This document shows, piece by piece, positions 59,240 to 64,000 of a stretch of 64,000 nucleotides of DNA. Within the stretch, counting starts at the first letter, position 1; each line of letters starts with the position of its first letter. This stretch comes from Octopus bimaculoides (Eukaryota): the NCBI RefSeq assembly GCF_001194135.2, contig NC_068996.1:52285613-52349612 (forward strand), written 5' to 3'. A program made the position numbers and the translations under genes. The notes under the pieces are model-generated. The model was not told where the DNA came from, ran no database searches, and worked only from the letters and a program-made list of their open reading frames with translations.

Positions 59240-62000
59240 CAATGTTCCTGCCACAGGACTCTCCTGCAAATGAAATGACCAGTGATAATGCCGTAAGCAA
59301 AATGAAGAAAGTGCAGGTATGAAGTTTATACAGGAACATACATTAGAATGGGTGAATGCAGGAATAAAAGTGTTGGTTAAATTGCATAGATGGTGAGTGG
59401 GTGATCTAACTGAAAAGAGTTGGAATATTGATAGAAGACATTTTCTGTGCCCATTGCAGAGCTGAAATAGTGTGAAAATCTGCATGTGGCTTGTTGGATC
59501 TGGGTATTCCAGAGGAGAAACAAGAGTGATATTAGTGTCATGCCAAACACCAGGTGGGCTGATGTAGCACCAATTTTGTCTTTGACAGTGGAGTGAATTC
59601 CAAGAATAATAAGGGGCAAGTATTCTAGCCAATTGCTGTTGTGGAAAGCTCTAAGAGTGGATTTCAGTTGTCAGTGGGATCGTTCCATTATACCTTTGAC
59701 TGCAGGACGGTAAGCTATTGTAGGAGATCATTTACAATCTAAAAGGCATGTCAATTCTGAGAAAAGAATGGATTCGAACTGACGTCCTCAGTTGTGATTG
59801 TAGTAGGCGTACCAAATCATGCAATTCAATGTTGAAGTGTAACAGTATCTCATAGAGGGATGGCTTCAGACCATTGAGAAAGCCGATCCACACAGGTTGA
59901 GATATTTGCAATTCTAAAACGGTAGCGATAGTCTGTGGCGATGAACTTTCGCCATATGACAAGGGACATAACTCTTGGCCTATTCCTTGATATATTTGTT
60001 GATACCAGGTCACACGAAATGGGATGTTATCAGCTTCAAAGTGGGATTTGCGCCAGGATATGATAGGTTGTGCAGAGCAGGAAAATACCCCAAATGTCTG
60101 TGCTTTTTATGTACATATGGGCCTTTGTGGCCAGCAGAGATGTTGCACCAAATATAACCTGGAAAAGAGGATAGAGGATGAAGTTTGAAAGAGAGGAAGA
60201 ATTTTGAAGTTTGAGTTCTTCATCTTTTCCCTGATTGACGGTTAACTCTTGACGATTTATAAAGGCAGTGGTATACAGTGCATTAATGTGGACACAAGAA
60301 GGTGCATCAACTGCTGATTTATCTGAGCCCTTAATGTAATTAATATCTGTGGTGTATTGGGATATGAAATTGAGGTAACAAATTTCCCTCAGTGAATGAT
60401 ACTCAGGTTTAGAATGCAATACATGAGAGATTTGTGATTAGTAGAGATAGAGAATAGAGAGTCTTCCAGTTATGCCAGAAATGTTTCACACCGAGGTACT
60501 TTGGTAGCAATTCTTGGCTAAAAGTACTGTATTTCATTTCAACTGGTTTGAATCACTTGGAGAAGAAAGAAAGCAGTTGCTTTGACTTTCTGTGAGGAGT
60601 TGCAGAAATTCCACCCAGTGGGTTTTAAACCAACGATGAAAATGAATCGGACTGATAAACTTCCTTAGTTTCTTGAAGAGTGTGAAAATCTAAAATTGAT
60701 TTAACTATGTCATTGAGAGAATGAATTCTTCTTTCATTGATACAGTGTCTCAGAAAATTTAAAGAAGAAGTCCCACAAAGGCATTTACTGAAGTGAGAGA
60801 GATGATCGAAAATTAGTTGCAGATGCTTTTCATGGTCACCTTTGGTAGTGCTGGCAACAAATGAGTCATCAATATAAGATAGACACAGAGTAAACCCTGG
60901 ACTACATTATCTATGAAATATTAGAAAATTAATAAAGAACTGCATAAACCAAATGGCATTTTGGGAAAGTCGAAAAGCCTGAAAGGAGTTGTAATGGCCA
61001 TTTTAGGAATATCTTCTGGCTCGATGGGAATTTGATTGTGTGCTGGATCAGATTAATTTTTGAAAACACTCTAGCACCATAAAGAGTAGAAGAGAATTTC
61101 TGTAAATAAGGGACAAGGTATTTGTTGAGTTTTGTGCATGATTAAGAAGTGATGGCCATGACAAGTCCACTCATCATCTGCAGATTTGTTGGGAATTATA
61201 TGAAAGGATGAAGACCAGTTGCTGCTGGACGGACAAACTATGTACAGTTCCAGTATGTGCTTAAACTTTGCTTTGGCAATCTTAGCAGAATCAGGAACAA
61301 GTTATTGCAGTTTGGGTTAAAAACATAATGGTTGATCTGTGATGATATGAGTCACAAAGTGAGTGGCTGGATTATTTTCAATGGCCATTGACTCTTTGGT
61401 AGCAGCTCAGAAATATTGCACAGTAGTCAGCAATCACTTGGTGAAAAGCCTGCTTTAAGATAACTACATCCATGGGGTTATCTCCCAGTAACTGCTTCAT
61501 ACATGGGAGAACTGTGATGTTTTTTTGTTTTGTCATTTGGCTCTTCAGTGATGAACAGTTGGTGCAGTTGTTGCTGCTTTGACTCTGACATTCATTTAAT
61601 TACCACTGACTTGAACATTTCATATAAGACAATGCCAGATATAGATGCTACCAAACCTCAGTTCTTCAGCAGGATGTCTGGCGGAAGGGTGACATTCACA
61701 AATGAAGTGCAAGCGTTACCTGAGTTTATGAGCAGAGTCAAGAATTGTACCTCTATGTAGATAGATCTCACAGTTGGATTGTATGTCTAGAATGTGGGGA
61801 CTCTTTGGAATATTGAAGCTTTGGTCATCATTAATAAGGTTGAGGGTTTGGAATTTGGTGAAAAGCTGTGTGTAGTGTTCTTGAGATGTGGATTACCAGT
61901 GTAATGCAAGAATATTTTGGTTGACAGGGGAAAATCTTTGTGAAGTCCAAATACAAAAATATTTTTTTCTTGTTAACAAAACAAGGATCTTTGTGGTTCT
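59240..62000 (-). mobile_element. Gypsy LTR retrotransposon internal region (protease/RT/RNase H/integrase), degenerate
   Basis: FDFPKMPFGL, CLSYIDD, YIKGSDKSAVDA and LGIHSTVKDKIGATSAHLVFG motifs in RT-RH-INT order. Confidence 0.85.
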
Positions 62001-62062
62001 CATCACTGTCCACAATTTTACTCAAATTGTTTTCAAATTTGGTGTATGGATTAAGTTTTGTA

Positions 62063-62310
62063 TACCAAAGCCTTGTGAGTGGATTTGGTAGACAGAAACT
62101 GAAAAAAGCCCATCGTATATATGTATCTATATGTGTATGTATATGTTTGTGTGTCTGGTGTGTTTACATCTCCGTCACTTAGCGGTTCGGCAAAAGAGAC
62201 CAATAGAATAAGTACTAGGCTTACAAAGAATAAGTCCTGGGGTCAATTTGCTCGACTAAAGGCGGTGCTCCAGCATGGCCACAGTCAAATGACTGAAACA
62301 AATAAATGAG
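62063..62310 (+). mobile_element. SINE family A 3' part
   Basis: caaagccttgtgagtggatttggtagac...ggcggtgctccagcatggccacagtc. Confidence 0.85.
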
Positions 62311-63771
62311 TAAAAGAAAAAAAGAAAAGAAAATGTTTTAATGTTTTTCACTGTTTACTGTAGCTAGTTTAATGTTTTGACATGCCAGTGTCCCCTCCCC
62401 TCTGATGATGAATGAGGCAGCAAACGTGGTTTTCTGATTGGCTGAAAATTCTGAAAATTATCAAGCTTTGAACACCTGTAAAATTTTTGCGAAATTTTTC
62501 TGGAATAAATGAATAACAAATTCAGATTCAGTGTCAAGAATTACATCTATGTGATACTTCAAAAATTTTCTTTAAAGATTTCAACATGCATTGACGAAAA
62601 CCACAAAGAACCCAAAACAACACTGTTGTTACAAATGACAGAAAAGAAATGAATACCAAGCGAAAACAGTTCTTGTGAGATGTGTGTTTTGTAATGATAG
62701 TAGCTGTAAATTCTTGCAGCAAGTTAACTTTAGATGTGTCACAACCACTGGTCTCTTACCAGACAAACCATATGTTTATAGCCAATGGTTTGCTAAAAAA
62801 ATAAGTGCCAAAGACAGAATTGTAAATGAGATTCTCATATGTTGTTTATTCAAAAATGTTTACTACACTGAGATTCTAATGTTTTTTGGGTTTTTTTTTC
62901 ACTATCTACTAATAAAAATGCATTCTTAATGTTTCGAGATCTGAATGGCGAGTCACTTGAAAGAAAATTGTGTTTGATGTTTTAATTCTGTTTACATCTA
63001 AACAGTGATTTTGAATTCAATTCCTATGCAGTGAGTTGGTGTTTGGAATTCTGTCGATATTTGTTACAAATACATATATTCTAACAGAAAAACTATAGAG
63101 AATATATGTGTGTGTGTGTGTGCATATACACACATGCGTGCACACACACATGTGTGTATGTGTTTGTGTGTGTTTTTGGTAGTGTACAAAATAGTATATT
63201 GGTAGTAATAATAATAGGTGAGTCAAAAGAAATTAAGAAATTGATCCTGTATTTATATATAGGAACAGGAGGTTTTCAAATCTCACCCCCACATCAAAAG
63301 AAATAAAATAAAATATTTACTTTTAAGAATTTTTTTGCCAAAGATGCATGTGTGTATGTGTGTAGCTGAAAAGACTTTGCAGACTTTTACCCAGAGTTTC
63401 ACATAACTGATCATCAGACAGTTGTGAGTATTTAGAACACTGCAATGGTTTATGAGTGTTTGTGGTTTATAAGTATTCATGATGACAACTCATTGAATAA
63501 ACATTGAATGCTGATTGGCCTAGGCAACTGCTTTTGAAAATAATGGGAATCTGTTGGATGAAAGTGGTTGACTGTAGTGGAAAGATATATTTACTTTGAG
63601 GCATGTAGAAATCAAATTAGAATTAAAAACTGGATAGTGTCAATCCTTTAAAATTCTGGAAATACAGAGAATGAGAAAGACCTTACCAGAAATAATATGT
63701 TACAAGTGATGAAAATTAGAATTAAAATTTTAAAAATCAAAAATTAATGCAACAGCAAATGAATGTCATCA

Positions 63772-64000
63772 TCATCATCATCATCATCGTTTAACGTCCG
63801 CTTTCCATGCTAGCATGGGTTGGACGATTTGACTGAGGACTGGTGAAACCGGATGGCAACACCAGGCTCCAGTCTGATTTGGCAGAGTTTCTACAGCTGG
63901 ATGCCCTTCCTAACGCCAACCACTCAGAGAGTGTAGTGGGTGCTTTTACGTGTCACCCGCACGAAAACGGCCACGCTCGAAATGGTGTCTTTTATGTGCC
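63772..64000 (-). mobile_element. Young RTE 3' end (runs off the window)
   Basis: (CAT)n cgtttaacgtccgctttccatgctagcatggg; matches 35670-35745 almost exactly. Confidence 0.9.

Noticed and set aside
56845-64000. AASDH exon 2
   Set aside because: No acceptor-flanked frame resembling the expected adenylation-domain continuation was found; it probably lies beyond the window.

Overview
AT-rich, gap-ridden eukaryotic genomic DNA. The repeat content (tRNA-headed SINEs, RTE LINEs with (GAT)n tails, dense (TA)n/(CA)n microsatellites) points to a coleoid cephalopod, most likely Octopus; this is inferred from remembered repeat families, not from a search. Most of the window is decayed transposons: RTE LINEs, at least two Penelope-like families, mariner, hAT, TTAA/piggyBac-type and Helitron-like non-autonomous elements, Gypsy pol relics and a possible DIRS relic. 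The only host gene I can name is the first coding exon of AASDH (56116-56244, +). A second, unidentified spliced transcription unit appears to run on the minus strand from about 44 kb to 12 kb or beyond. The most interesting signals: (1) type I hammerhead ribozyme motifs in Penelope pseudo-LTRs, one family fused behind a tRNA-like Pol III head; (2) a 1.7-kb ORF1-only (gag-like, no RT) L1/Tx1-type element inserted with a 13-bp TSD into a SINE head; (3) a separate SINE that shares that element's 3' tail; (4) several long fold-back MITEs. No rRNA, intact tRNA or CRISPR was found. Boundaries of degenerate repeats are approximate, and protein identifications come from remembered motifs.
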